Source: Heterodontus francisci (Eukaryota). From it: DNA of 64,000 nt. The position numbers and the translations under genes are program-made. Positions 13,241 to 27,542 of the stretch are shown one piece after another. The stretch is taken from the NCBI RefSeq assembly GCF_036365525.1, contig NC_090400.1, forward strand, positions 59,425,633-59,489,632, written 5' to 3'. The notes under the pieces were generated by a model. It did no database searches. It was not told the DNA's origin and saw only the letters and a list, made by a program, of their open reading frames with translations. How positions within the stretch are numbered: the stretch's first letter is position 1; every line of letters starts with the position of its first letter.

Positions 13241-14144
13241 GTCTGGCAGCATCTGAAGAGAGGAGCAGAGTTAACGTTTCAGGTCAGTGACACTTCTCCG
13301 GAACTACCAAAGGTTAAAAATGTAATAGATTTTAAGCAAGTGAAGCGGGCGTGGGGGGGGGGTGGGAAAGAGACAAAAGGGAAGGTGTGTGATAGGGCAG
13401 AGGGCAGGAGAGATTAACGGACAAGGAGGTCATGGGGCAAAGGTAGTGTGCTAATGGTGTGGTGAAAGACAAAGCATTAGTGCAGAGACAGTGATAATGA
13501 CAGATTAATGAAAAGCTCTGTCCAAAAGCACAAACATGAAAAAACAAATTTAAGGCAGGCACATGGTACAAAAAAATGATAAAACAAATTAAAATAAAAC
13601 AATAATTAAAAAAGGGCCAGTCATGCTCCTGCACAAACTGTTGGCACCTCGCACTTAGGATCAACAATGATCAAACTTGTGCCATGAATTGGTATCCTAT
13701 CATCCTGTGTCGCTACCAGCTTTTGGACATCGGAAGGTAGGCAAGGATGAAGAAGGTCTATTCAGCCCATCCAAATTTCATCCATGTAAAAAGATCCACT
13801 GTTTCCCTATTGCAGCATCCAATTATTTCTTAAATGCTCTATCCTCCACTGTCTAACCGTAGGTCTTATGCCATATATTGATCACTGCGTGAAGAAGGAG
13901 GACAGCCAAAGCAATAACTATGAATTCCATTTCAATTCGGAAAGTTACTAATCTGCCCCTCCCATAACCTGCCTGTGTGGCTCTCACTATCTTGGCACTG
14001 AAGCTAATAACTGTGGTGTAATCTGCATCACCACAATCACTGTATATTTAAGATTGATCCAGTCATCACCACTCGCTTGTCACTGCTGCCTGTAGACATG
14101 TTCGATGCTTATTTGGAATTTGGCTAACCGGTTTATTTTTGTAA

Positions 14145-15380
14145 AAGTTTGCAGCACTGAAGGAGGCCATTCAGCCCATCGTTTGTGGGCAGGTTTTATA
14201 AAAGAACTATCCAATTAGTCCCACTCCCTCTGCTCTTTTCCCCATAGCCCTGCAAAAGTTTTCTTTTCAACTATATATCCTGTTTGCTTTTGAAAGTTAC
14301 TGTTGAATTGGCATCCACCACCCTTTCAGATCACAAGTCAATGCATAAAAAAATTTCACCACATCTCCCCGCAGGTTCCTTGGCCAATTACCTTAAATCT
14401 GTGTCCGATGAGCATACCAATTCGGAGCAGGTGTGGGCCACTCGGCCCTTCGAGCCTGTTACGCCGTTCAATAAGTTCACGGCTGAACTGATTACTCCAC
14501 ATTTCCACCTACCCCCAATAACCTTCCACCCCCTTGCTTATCAAGAATCTATCTACCTCTGCCTTAAAATATTCAAAGACTCTGCTTCCACCGCTTTTGA
14601 GGAAGAGAATTCCAAAAACTCGACCCTCTGAGGGGAAAAAATTTCTCCTCATCTCTGTCTTAAATGAGCGACCCCTTATTTTTAAACAGTGACCCCTAGT
14701 TCGAGATTGTCCCACAAGGGGAAACATCCTTTCCACATCCACCCTGTCAAGACCCCTCAGGATTTTATATGTTTCAATCAAGTTGCCTCTTACACTTCTA
14801 AATTCCAGTGGATACAAGCTTAGCCTGTCCAATCTTTCCTCGTACAACAGCCTGCCCATTTCAGGTATTAGTCGAGTAAATCTTCTCTGTACTGCCTGCA
14901 AAGCATTTACTGTCCTCTGATCACTTGACCCTCCTGTGACTAAAAACAGTTTCTCGCTATCTGTTATCAAAACCCCTCATGATTTCAAACCTCAATTAAA
15001 TCTCCCTTTAACATTTCTGCTGTAAGGAGGACAATCCCAGCTTCACCTGTCTCTCTACATAACTGAAGTGCCTCACCCCGGTACCATTCTGGTAAATCTC
15101 CTCCGCACCCTCTCCAAGATCTTGACATCCTTCCCAGAATTGAACACAGTCTGAGGCCTAACCACTGTTTTTATAAAGGTTTAACATAACTTCCTTGGTT
15201 TTGTACTCTATGCCTCTATATATAAAGCTCAGGATCCCATTTGCTTTTTAATCGCCTGCTCAACTTGTTTTGCCACCTTCAAAAGAATGTGTGTGTGAAT
15301 GCTCAGGTGTGTCTGTTCCTCCCCTACCTTTAAAGTGTGCCATTTAGTTTATATTGCCTTTCTCCATTCTACTCTGAAAA
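14145..15380 (-). mobile_element. CR1 fragment containing a nested second CR1 3' fragment (~14410-14910)
   Basis: Two CR1 3' tails; VQRRFTRLIP..GNLIETYKIL on the minus strand. Confidence 0.8.
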
Positions 15381-16204
15381 GGCATCATCTATTACTGACA
15401 CTCGTCGTTAATCGGCCACATCAATGAATGTTTAACCAGTTTAAAAATAGAATCATTCCCCTTTGATTTCTCCTTCAGCCCTGCATACAATCCCTCACTC
15501 TCATTGAGATGATCTTTGCTAGTGCTACCCAATCAGTCCATTTTAAGCAGCACAGGGTGATTGATTCACTCCCAGCTGGGGTCGAGCTACTCCTAGCCTC
15601 TTCGCTCTCTGTTCCATCTTCCTCCCTACCTTTAGCGTTGTGGGAGAGGGGCTAGGAAGCACTACCTCCCCTGCACTCTTTGAGGACGACCATATGACTA
15701 GCCCCTTGAGCCTGCCACTAAATCAGTAGACTGATCTGTATCTCAACTCCACGTACCTGCCTTTTCTCACATTCCTCGATAACCTTATGCAGCAAAAGTC
15801 CGTTGATCTCAGGCTTGAAATCTCCAATTGACACCCACCATCTACAATCTTTTGTGGAAGAGAGTTCCTGTATTTCCACTACCCTTTTTGTGACTAAGTA
15901 CTTCCTGATTTCACTCCTGAACAACCTGGTTCTAATTTTAAGCTTACCTCCCCTTGTTCTGGAGTTCCCTACCTGAGGAAATAGATTCTCTTTATCTACC
16001 CTATCAAATCCTTCAGAACATAGTAAATGTTTTGATTAGATTATTCCTTAACTTTCTAATTTCAAGGGAATACAATCCAAGTCTATGCAACCTGTCCTCA
16101 TAATTTAACCCTTTTAGCCCTGGTATCTTTCTAGTGAACCTGTGCTGCACCACCTCCAAGGATATCCTTCCTGAATGCATAGCCTAGAACTAAGTGCAAT
16201 TACT

Positions 16205-16775
16205 CCACAAAAGCCAAAGCACTGCAGATGGTGAAAATCTGAAATAAAGACACGCAATGCTGGAAATACTCAGTAGGTCTGGTAGAGTCTGTTGAGAGAG
16301 AGAAACAAGGTTAATGTTTAAGGACGATGACCTTTAGTCAGAATTTTTGTCAGAACAACTACTTTAATTCAACTCTCTCCCTCCAAATAAAAGGTGTTGC
16401 TATGGGAACCAGTATGGATCCCAGCTATGTCTGCCTTTTCTTAGGATATGTGGAACATTTTTTGTTCTAGTCCTACTCTGGTCCCCTCCCTCACCTTTTT
16501 TTCCAGTACATTGATTGTATTTGTGCCGATTCTTGCTCTAACCCTGAACTGGAAAATTTCATCAACTTTTCTTCCAATTTCCACCCTCCCTCACCTTCAC
16601 ATGATCCATCTCCAACTCTTTCCTTCTCATCCTCAACTTCTCTGTCTCCATTTCTGGAGCTAGGGCATTGACCAATATTCACTAAGCCCAGTGACCCCCA
16701 TTGCTACCTTGACTACACTTGTCCCCACTTCCCCACTCTTACCATAAAGACTCCATTCCATTCTCTGTGATTCCA
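16205..16775 (+). mobile_element. Penelope-like element: inverted terminal piece followed by an RT fragment
   Basis: LQIKGVAMGTSMDPSYVCLFLGYVEH and decayed F(R)YIDD region; terminal repeat on the opposite strand at 16205-16345. Confidence 0.75.
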
Positions 16776-19580
16776 GATAGAGTCTAACCAGAGCTTGGAG
16801 TAACTAAAGCATAACTGGTTCCCTGTTCATTGTCTATTCTGGGTCTTCCAACCCCATTATGATGAGGATAAATGTTTATCTGGGAGGGAATCTTGAGGAG
16901 TGGATTGGTGAAAGAAAAGGAACTTTTTGAAGCCAAAACTCGATGGTATGTTTAATCTAGGGGACAGGAGACAGCTTATTTTCCCTGCTGGTAATCCTTT
17001 ATCTTTATATAACCCAAGAAACATTCCAGTGTCTGAGTTATATAATAAACTATCCCCTTCTGAGCATGCTTGTGTGGTATTTATGATTAGAGCTCTGCTC
17101 TTTTCCTTGCTGTATCACAAGCCTGTAATGAGTCCACAGTCCACTGTATAATGTCAAAACCTTACAGTGTAGTAAAATTGTAGGAGTGAGTATAGCACAG
17201 GACTCACTGACCCACTTTGAGACCAGCCTGTGGCAGCTGGGCTGAGTTAGTAGCTCATCTTGTCCATTCTGAGCATCTGTAATTCTCCTTCAACGTGCCG
17301 ATTGTTCAGTCGTTCTGCACTGGGAGATTTCAACCTGCTTTCCTACCCGTCCAGTAATAATACAGGCTATTGGCATCTCATGAAATATTTGAGCCAATCA
17401 AGTAGAAGTGTGATGGGCACTAGACGGGAAGCTGATTTAAAGACGCAGGTTTTATTTAAATAATCATGAAATTGTCACCTGAGGGTGTGGGGGTGTGGAA
17501 CTGAATCATAGAATGTTACAGCACTGACTCTGGCCATTCGGCCCATTGTGGTTGCACTGGCTGTTTGAAAGAGCTATCTAATTAGCCCCACTGCCCTGCT
17601 CTTTCCCCATAGCCCTGGAAATCTTTGATAGTCTGGAGATAGCGTGAGGGGTGATCCAGTCATAACTTCTGAGATGTCAATGACCTTTTACAACAGTAAG
17701 TGTGAGCAAGCTTCTATACAGCATCTTATCCTGTCCTCCAGACATCCCAATTAGTTTGACATTTATTGAATTATTTTTGAAGTCCAGATATCATTGTTAT
17801 GTACTGGCCAATTTGCACACCAAGGTTCCACAAAACAGCCGATTAGATCAATGAGCAGTTCATTTGTTCTTGGTGGTAATGAGAGATGGTTATTGGCCAG
17901 GACACAGATGGGCTAACTCGGCTATTACCTCTAGTTAGGGCAGTATCATTCTACAGCCTGGTGCTCATTGCATTGGAATCAAGAAGGACTTGTGAAATTT
18001 ACACACATTCGCCACTAAAATCCTTGACTTCATCAGAATGGATATAAAGGCTGAGTCCAATCCCTCCAACAGTGTCCACTCCTGTTTGGACGAGTGTGTA
18101 TATACACATTTCCCTACATTGCAATAGTGACTACTCTTCAAAAAGTTCTTCATTGGATGTAAAGTGCTTTGAGACATCTTGAGATTGTGAAAGACGTAGA
18201 CGTTTGTTCTTGGTGTACAGGTGGATGCACCTATGCCTGACTAGGCAAAATCGTCACCCAAAGCTGATGGTGAGGGAGGAAATGTAAATCCATCCCTCTG
18301 TCTAAAGCACTGCCTGTCTGGTCAACCGACATAATGCATTGTGGTGTTTACTATCTTTAGAGATGCAGTCTATGTTTCCCGTGTTGCGTGTATTGTATTA
18401 CTCAGACTGACTGACGGAGTGCACGTCCCTGATTTTAATTGCTCTAGCCTTAATGATCATGACTTCAACCACCTAGCCTCTAAACTCAACTTCCTTCCCA
18501 CACCCCACCCCTCCAATAAGTTGCTTCTTAAAATCTTCCTCATTATCCAAGCTTTTGGTCACCTTCCCTGATATCAGTTAATCGTATATCTATGGCCCCT
18601 CAGTCATGACTGCTCGCCAATGGAAACAGTCTGCTATCTTCCCTGTTCCATCCTGTCATAATTTAAAACACTTCCATCCTATCGCCCCATGATCTGCATT
18701 ATTCTGACAGAAAAAAGATGCAATCTTTCAGGTCTCTCTTCAGAGTTGTATTTCCACTTATCAGACAGCATCCTAGTGGATCTGTGCTGCACCCTCTCTA
18801 AAGCTTCTATATCCATCCTGTAGTGTAGGGCCCAGTCCTGCAAGTTACTTACTGACATGGGTGTGGAATGTAACTCATCCAGTGAAATGGACAATATTTA
18901 GCACTTTTGAGAGACCAAATTATTGTTCTTCCTGCCCTGAAAATGCTTTCTACTTCAAACGTTGAATGACTGCTAGCACTTCAGTCACTTTGTATTACCT
19001 TAGACAGTGAATGTCACCAGGCTATTTAAGTGAGGGTGGCATCACAACTAAACTCCTTTTTGTCCTTGCTCAACACGTACACTTTCCAGTTCGGATCACT
19101 GGATGGGGTTCAGGAGAGGGCACTGTCCTTTACAGCACTCCTTTGGCCTCCAAAAGATTTTGCACAGTAATTTGGTTTGGTGCTTAAGAAATAGCTCCTC
19201 CATACATCATATTACCAGGTTGAATGCCCCTGTTTCCAGTTGTGGTAAATAGTTCTTTGTTCTGAGCCATGTGTGTACAACAAACAAATCAGTCCTGCCT
19301 TATTCGAGCAGAGAGCCGTCATCTAATATGGATATTGGATCAAACTTCCTCTGCCTCTAATACCATTGGCACTGAAATGGAGAGTTCAGACTGTGGCTGT
19401 GGGGACATGTGACAAATACATGTTTTTCTGTTTTAAGAAACCGTTGTGATTCTCACTGATTAAATGACATGTCAGTTATATGTGCTGAAAAAGCAGAGGT
19501 TTTGTTTTGCTCTGTGCCTGTCAAGGTGATTGAACACTCCCAGGTTGGGTTCAGCATGGGTTAGATACAGAGCAGTGATT

Positions 19581-19875
19581 GGCGGTGCCGAGGGAGCGCC
19601 GCGCTGTCGGGGGGGGGGGGGGGCGGTGCCGAGGGAGCGCCGCGCTGTCGGGGGGGGGGGGGCGGTGCCGAGGGAGCGCCGCGCTGTCGGGGGGGGGGGG
19701 GGGGGCGGTGCCGAGGGAGCGCCGCGCTGTCGGGGGGGGGCGGTGCCGAGGGAGCGCCGCGCTGTCGGGGGGGGCGGTGCCGAGGGAGCGCCACGCTGTC
19801 GGGGGGGGCGGTGCCGAGGGAGCGCCGCGCTGTCGGGGGGGGCGGTGCCAAGGGAGCGCTGCACTGTCGGGGGGG
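19581..19875 (+). repeat. GC-rich minisatellite (8 units of GGCGGTGCCGAGGGAGCGCCGCGCTGTC + variable G-run)
   Basis: Direct tandem units, continuing into DeuSINE sequence. Confidence 0.92.
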
Positions 19876-21160
19876 CCATATTTCAGATGAGATGTTAAAG
19901 CCTGGTACCATCTTCCTGTTCAGGAGGACATACAAGATCCCATACAGAAGCAACATACTGCGGATGCTAGAAATCTGAAATAAAAACTGAAAATGTTGGG
20001 AATACTCAGCAAATCAACAGATGAATGATCAGCAACCTGACACGTTAATTCTGTTTCTTTCTCAATAGTGCTTCCAGACCTGCTGAATATTTCCATCATT
20101 TTGTTATTTTATTTTATATAAGATCCCATGGTGTTTTTTGAAGAGCATTGGAGTTCTCCCCAGTGTCCTAGCCCACCCATATCCTCAGCCATCATCACCA
20201 AAACAGATTATCTAGTCCTTTACTTCTGTTTGTGCAAATTGCCTGCCATCTTTGTCTGTTAACAGTGGCTTTAACTGGCTGTGAAACACTTGGGAATATC
20301 CCGAGGCCACAAAATTGATATATATATATATATATGTGTGTGTGTGTCTAATATGTTTTTCTGTGAGTCTGTCTTGTCTTTAGAAGTGTAATATAAGAAG
20401 CTTTCAGCAGTTAAACACATTGCCTGGGAGGGGAGGGCACGGAGAGGAGGTTGGTGGGGCTGGAGATTCCCCGCTAATTGCTGCAGTATCACTAGATGAA
20501 TCAGGATCCGTCTAAGCTGTGATGCCCTCTGTGGTTGAATAGCCTGCTGATCCTCACTGTCGAGATTTGCACATAAAGAAAGGTGATTCTGTTGAGATGT
20601 GACGGGCAGTCTGTGCCTGTGGGGCTAAATGCTTTGCCCCCCCCCCGGGGACTGCACCTTCAGTCAGGGCAGGAAAGGGCCAGCCAGAGAGGAGAAAACA
20701 TTACAATATCAGGCCAACAGTTTGCTCTTGATATTTACTGAATGCCATGACTTTACTCTAAGGAAAACATCGGTCCACATGTCAGCAATCTAATGTTGGT
20801 CCTGGGGGTATCTGTGATCCTTCAGAATGCAGACTGATTGTAATTAAACAGGCCAGCTCAGGGAACAAGGAGAGGAATAACCCTGCTGGCTTCCAATCGC
20901 TGGAGGGATCTCTGATTTATAAATGTTGCAGGCAATCTGCATTTTCTCTCTCTGATCATGTCAAATCCCAGCTTGAGATCAGCTGACTGTTTAAACAGAG
21001 AAGCTGCTTCCAGCAATCTGCTGCTGAAAGCTGACTGACCTTCCGGATAGTTCCAACCACTTCAAGGTAATGGACGCCAGTGTTGTGGGATGCTTACTGC
21101 AATATGTATTCCACCCAGTATCGGCATTAATTCCCACTCCGTAGATCGGATCCATCTCCA

Positions 21161-21602
21161 GTTAGATACAGAGTAAAGCTCCCTCTACACTGTCCCATCA
21201 AACACTCCCAGGACAGGTACAGCACGGGGTTAGATACAGAGTAAAGCTCCCTCTACACTGTCCCCATCAAACACTCCCAGGACAGGTACAGTACGGGGTT
21301 AGATACAGAGTAAAGCTCCCTCTACACTGTCCCCATCAAACACTCCCAGGACAGGTACAGCACGGGGTTAGATACAGAGTAAAGCTCCCTCTACACTGTC
21401 CCCATCAAACACTCCCAGGACAGGTACAGCACGGGGTTAGATACAGAGTAAAGCTCCCTCTACACTGTCCCATCAAACACTCCCAGGACAGGTACAGCAC
21501 GGGGTTAGATACAGAGTAAAGCTCCCTCTACACTGTCCCCATCAAACACTCCCAGGACAGGTACAGCACGGGGTTAGATACAGAGTAAAGCTCCCTCTAC
21601 AC
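21161..21602 (+). repeat. 68/69-bp repeat array (~6.5 units) upstream of Tx1
   Basis: Same unit, opposite orientation to the 3 kb array. Confidence 0.95.
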
Positions 21603-21621
21603 AAGAGAAAAGGAAAAAAAA

Positions 21622-24600
21622 CGGGGGTTGGCTGCTCTCTGGGAATCCTGAGTGCCTCAACAAGATGCAGCTGACAGTGCTGCAGACAGTTGCTGGAGGT
21701 GCTGCTGGATAGGGAGAGCTGAGGAAAGAACTGCAACATTTTCAGCAACTTTTGCTGCAGAGGAGGAAAAGACTTTGGAATAAGGCTGTGTTTCAAGTTG
21801 GGTGTTGAGCACCAGACTTTTATTTCATTTGGACTGTTGTGGGAGGTAGAAGAGGCCGGAACAACAAGGGATGGGGACTGTACAATTCTACAGGGAGCTG
21901 TGCAATTGCATTGACTACACAAGGAAGCTCCCTCCCCACCCCTATAGCCCAGCCTGGGTCAGCTGAAGCTGCCTGGCTATAGAGACCGAAGGATCTAGCT
22001 AGTGCCTGGGCAGTTTTCGGCTGACCCAGATGAAGACCTCTCTCACAACCAGAAGACCAGGAGTGTTTACAGTGCTCTGTGTACCACCCTTCAAGGAAAA
22101 TAGCGTAGCAAAGTCATCGCTTGCAGCCTGTCTTTCCCCTTTCCTGTATACCCTCAGCCTCTCCCCAAACCTACTACTTGTTTGGACATTATTTCTTGGA
22201 AAATTTTGTTTTTGCCTGCAATTTGGTGGTGGGTTTGGCTCTTGAACCCGTGGCAAACCCATCATCACCGGTCGCAGTCCCGCTCAGTCTTTGGAAAAAC
22301 AGCCTCCGGTACGTCTATTCCTTCCACCACCAGCTATTTATGCAGCTGGCGCGGGAGGAGGTCACAGATGGCCATTTCATGATGGTCTACCGCGTCTTCT
22401 GGACCTCGGACGGGGTGCGGTGCCATGTCTGCAAGGGGAGGGGTACGTTAGTAAGAACTGCCCAAACCTCCCAGCTGCCAACTCCACCTCGATGGTCCAG
22501 GGTGGTGCCACTACACCACCTCCCATTCCCCCTACACCTTCAACAGACACCATTCTGTAGGTTCCAGAGGCTGTGGTTTTCACTGCCTCCGGCGGGGAGG
22601 GAAGTGCCCGTCCGAGTGGAAGGAGGACGCGGAAGAAAAATAGACCACAAGAGGCACGTCCCCTGGACACCATGGCACAGCCTGAGCTCAGCCCAAGGCC
22701 CGCTCCTGGGGAATCCACCTGCCCCAAGGCTGGGCTCAGGCCCAGGGTGACCGGGCAAAAGGATGGTGCAGAGGCCCCTGATGACATGAAGGTCTCTGAG
22801 CCTCCACGCCCCTCCCGAAATAAGAGGAGACGTCCCTGTTCTGAAGAAGGCCCTAAACCATGTGGTCCATCTCCTAGCATGGGTCCGCAACTCCCCTGCC
22901 ACCAGCACGAGCAGGGCCTCGAGCCCTGGGCGGGAACCCTCCACCTCTCGGAGCGGAGTGGGGGGGAGATGCCCCTGTAATCTTGTCAACTGGGGACCCG
23001 CCCTTGGTGGGGGGAGCTTGTGGACTCCACGGAAAAAATCATTCCTTTTGCCGATGGGTCGGGTGGCCTGGGTGGGGGTGAGACCTGTGAGGGTCTGCCC
23101 TCCCAGCAGCCTGACGCTACCGCCCAGGCTGTACCTGACCCGGAGGCCAATTTGTGTAATTCCCTGTCTGCTGGGTCTGTGGGCACTGATGGGGCAGGAG
23201 ATGGCATCCTTTCTCCGCCTCAGGTCCCAGCTCCGGCTGGATTTCCAGAGTCGGGTACTTCCATCTCCCCTGGACTGCTCATTGACCTGGGGACGGAAAT
23301 GGAGGGAGTTCCTGAACCGCTGGCGCCCATAGGCTCCAGTTCCATTCTAGAACCTAGAGAGGACTCTGCCATCGATCCTGGGGGTGGGAACGTGACGGAG
23401 GCGGGACCAGCTGGGGCGTCTGCCCACAGTGTGTGGTGGGTGTGTCAGCCGCTGGCGGTGACGACCCGGAGGAGGATGGGGACTCAGTGTGGGGCACGGA
23501 GGACGATCTTGATTCCATCGTCAGTGAGGTGGTGGAGTCCCTCGTGCCTCCCACCGAGTCTCCTTTCAAACCCACAGCAGAACTCCGGGATTTCCTCGTG
23601 GCATGCAGGGGTTGCCACAGTAAAGCTCAGCTGGCCCTCGACCGTTGGTCGAATCTGGCGCTGATCATCCAGTCCGTCCATGCCGCCCTCAAGGAAGCGG
23701 GCAAGGGTGCGGGCGTGAAACTGGTTGAGAGGCACTGATTTAGTGCGTTCCTCAATGGGTTGCTGGGGGGAGTGGAGGGCCAGGTGCACTTCCACTCCCT
23801 CCTCACAGTGAGGTGTTAGTGACGGTTTTTAAGTACCTTTGACGTGAAGATAACCATAGCCAGCCTCAACATCAATGGCAGCAGGGGGTCTCACCGCAGA
23901 TTTCACAATCTCTCAGTCCTCGGGGAAGGGAGATATGCAGTGAACTTTCTGCAGGAAATCCACACTGTTCCAGGAGATGAAGCCACCTGGCTCCTGGAGT
24001 GGCAGGGTAGGGTCTACATGAGTCACCTCACTCCGATTTCTAGTGGGATGGCTATCTTGTTGGCCCTGACTTTTCAGCCGGAGATCTTTGGGGTCAAGGA
24101 GCTCGTGCCGAGCGGCTTGCTCCACCTCGCCGTTCGCCTGGGTAGCGTGCCGCTCCACTTTGTGAACGTGTACATGCCCAGGTCCAGCGCGTTGCAAGCG
24201 CACTTCTTTGAAGAAGTGTCCACTCTCTTGAGCTCCATCGATAGCGGCGAGTGCATCATCCTTGGGGGAGATTTTAACTGTACCCTCGAGATGGGGGATT
24301 GTTCCGGTCCCCAGCGCGGCCAAGCGTTGGTGGAGAAGTTGAGGGAACTGATCAGCTCCCTTAGCGTGATGGACGTCTGGCGGAATCTCCATCCCGACTC
24401 CAGCGCCTTTACATGGAGGTCTGGAAGAGGAGGGTCCCGAATCGACCGCCTCTCCATTTTGCAGGCGCACGTCTCCCACGTCCTGGCAACCTCCATGTGG
24501 CTGGTGCCGTGCTCGGACCACCATTTGAAATGCGTGGCGTTTACTCCGCTCCGCACGCGGGCGGGGTCCGCATACTGGTACTTTAACAACCGGCTGCTGG

Positions 24601-27542
24601 AGGACGAGCGATTCTGGGACTCGTTCTTACGATGCTGGGCTGACTGGAGAAGGAAGCAGGGGGGCTTCCCCTCCTTGAGGCTATGGTAGGATGTTGGCAA
24701 GACTGACATCCGTGTCTTCTGTCAGGAGTGCACAAGGGGGTTGACCAAGAGGTGGGAGGCCGTGATCGGGCGCCCAGAGAGGGAGGTGCTTGACTTGGAG
24801 TCCCGCCTCAGTCATGCCGTCGCGGACCCGGCCCTGTGGCAGGCATATAAAGAGAAGAAGGGCATGCTGAGGGACCTGCAGCTCATAGGGTCCCGAGGCA
24901 CATACGTGAGGTCGTGGATCCAGATCCTGGAAGATTTGGACCGCGCCTCACCCTTCAACTCGCTGGAAACATGGCGGGGGGTCCGTGAGCAGCTCGTTGA
25001 GCTGCTGGACGACAACGGATTCTCCATCATGCATCCAGAGGGAATGGACCTCCTGGTCCGTACTTATTACAGTGCATTGTTCTCTCCGGATCCGTTCACG
25101 TTGGCGGAGCTGACCGGCGCCCTCCACCAGCTCTCGAGGGGCAAATCTCCGGGGCTGGAAGGGCTGACTGTGGAGTTCGTCAGGGCATTCTGGGACGTCC
25201 TGGGGGACGATTTGGCGTGGGTCCTGGGGGAACGAACGCCTGGCGCCCGGGGAGATGCCCCTCTCGTGGCGCAGGGCGGTCATCATCTTGCTGCCGAAGA
25301 GGGGTGATCTCCGCTTGCTTAAAAACTGGCGTTCGGTCTCCTACCTCAGTATGGATTATAAGATCTTTGCCCGGGCTATGTCTACCCGCCTGGGCTCTGT
25401 GCTGGCCCACATGATCCACCCCGACCAGTCCTACATGTTCCCGGGCTGGTCCATCAAGGACAACATTCACCTGGTCTGGGACGTGATCCATCTTTCTCGA
25501 TCAGGAGAAGGCGTTCGACAGGGAGAATCATGAATACCTTCTCGGGACTCTGCGCGCTTTCGGACTTGGGCAGCATTTTGTGGCCCGGGTCTGACTTTTA
25601 TACGCCGCCGCAGAGTATCTAGTCGAAGTTAACGGGTCCTTGATGGCGCCAATTTGCTTTGGGAGAGGAGTGTTTCAGGGGTGCGCCATATCCGGCCAAT
25701 CGTATACCATCTGCGTGGAGCTGTTCCTGTGCCTGCTTCGCAGGAGGTTGACTGGATTGGCTCTGCGCGAGCTGGCCATGCGGGTCATCCTCTCGGCTTA
25801 CGTAGATGACGTGCTCCTCGCAATCACAGATCCTGTTGACTTGTGGAGAATGCGCGACTGCTAGCAGACCTTTTCTTCTGCGTCCTCAGCGAGGATCAGT
25901 AGGGAGAAATGTTCTGGTCTCCTGGTGGGTCAGTGGCGGGTGCACTCCCTACTGGAGGGGTTAAGACGTTTTGCGTGGAACACCACGCACCTCCTCTATA
26001 TGAGAGTCCACCTTAGCCCTGCTGAGGAAGCCTGGCCGGCAAACTGGCAGGAGTTGGAGATGAAAGTCACCACTTGGCTGGGGAGCTGGACAGGACTGCT
26101 CTGAGTGCTTTACTACAGGGGCCGAGCGCTGGTCATAAACCAACTGATGGCCTCCATGCTGTGGTACCGGTTGGTCACTTTGGCCCCGCCCCCTGCATTG
26201 GCCACCAAGATCCAGAAGAAGCTCGTTAATTTCTTTTGGAGCAAGAGGAAACACTGGGTCTCTGCCGCAGTCCTGAGTCTCCCGGTTGAGGAGGGCGGCC
26301 AGTCGCTGGTGTGCGTCCGCACCCAGGCTGCAACTCTCAATCTTCGGACCCTGCAGAGATACCTGTACATCGAGTGTCCTCCCAGATGGTGTGCACTGGC
26401 GACTTATTTCTTCCACCAGTGTCACTGCCTTCAAGACGACACGCAGCTCGAGGCAGTGAACGTTAGCCGTGCCTCTCTGAGGCAGTTGCCTGCCTCTTAC
26501 TGGGATCTATTCTGGAGTCTGGAACATGGTCGCCTCCAGTCAGGGCGCTCCCCCGCCAGCGGAGGAGAGTGCCTCAGCTGTCCAGGTGGCTGGCTCCGGG
26601 GACGGACTGGCGGGCGGAGGAGTAGCCGAAGCCCCCGGAACGCCCCTCACTGTGGGTGACGAGGGGGCTCGGGAGCACAGAGTGCTCCCAGCCAAGCTGA
26701 CCCCCCGCTCGGCCGCAACTACTCTTTGGACTCAGGCCCTGAAACCCTCCTCTGAAGCCGGTCCCGTACAACCCGAACAGCCTCTCGGAAATGCCCTCCG
26801 TGCCGTTCCAAACAGCGCGGAGGGGTTTCCTGTACGGGCTGCTCCTGCACACTCTCCACTTCCTCGCCCTTGTCAGCCGGCTGGACATGCCCGGGGGTCC
26901 GTGTCACCATCTGGCGGCGAAGGGAAACCCTGATGGAGGTCTCTCTATGCGGGAGTCCTCCCCCTTTGCATCAGGGACCTGGGGTGGAGGGTGCTGCACG
27001 GTGCAGTCCAGGGCAATAGAATTTTAAGCAGGTTCATGGACTCCCAGGCCACCTGTAACTTCTGCGGCCTGGACGAGTCCGTGTTACATGTGTGTATGGA
27101 GCGTGTGTGGTTGCAGCCCCTCTTTGAGTATTTGAAGGGGCTGCACTCCAGCCCCACGCTCTTGATCTTTGGGCACCCGGTGCGGAGGGGCGTGGGCCGG
27201 GAGGAGGATCTCCTCGTTGGTCTGCTCCTGGGCCTGTCCAAGGTGGCAATTCACAGGACCAGGCTGCGGGGCCATCGTGGGGTATGACCTGCCTGTTTGC
27301 CTGCCCCTCTTCCGAGGTTACGTTCATGCCCAAGTGTCCCTGGAGAAGGAGCATGCGGTGTCCACTGGTACGCTTGAGTCCTTTCGCGACTGGTGGGCAC
27401 CGCAGGGACTGGAGTGCATAATTGACGCCGAGAAAGCAGTTTTAATTTGAGTTTTTGATTTATTTATCTGTTTAATAAATTTATTTAAAAATGTATATAA
27501 AGGGGGCCTGAGGAATAAAGGCCCCCTCGACATAAGAAAAAA
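21622..27542 (+). mobile_element. Near full-length decayed Tx1-clade non-LTR retrotransposon inserted in the 69-bp repeat
   Basis: ORF1 remnant with zinc knuckle CHVCKG..YVSKNC; ORF2 APE endonuclease from 23844 (SLNING, GGDFN, SRIDR, SDH), RT (KSPGLEG, DYKIFA, QEKAFD, AYVDD), C-terminal CNFC..H; stops and frameshifts; 3' UTR and A-tail. Confidence 0.92.

Noticed and set aside
21161-21602. 69-bp repeat as a U2, 5S or tRNA-derived Tx1 target
   Set aside because: No recognisable similarity to these RNAs by eye.
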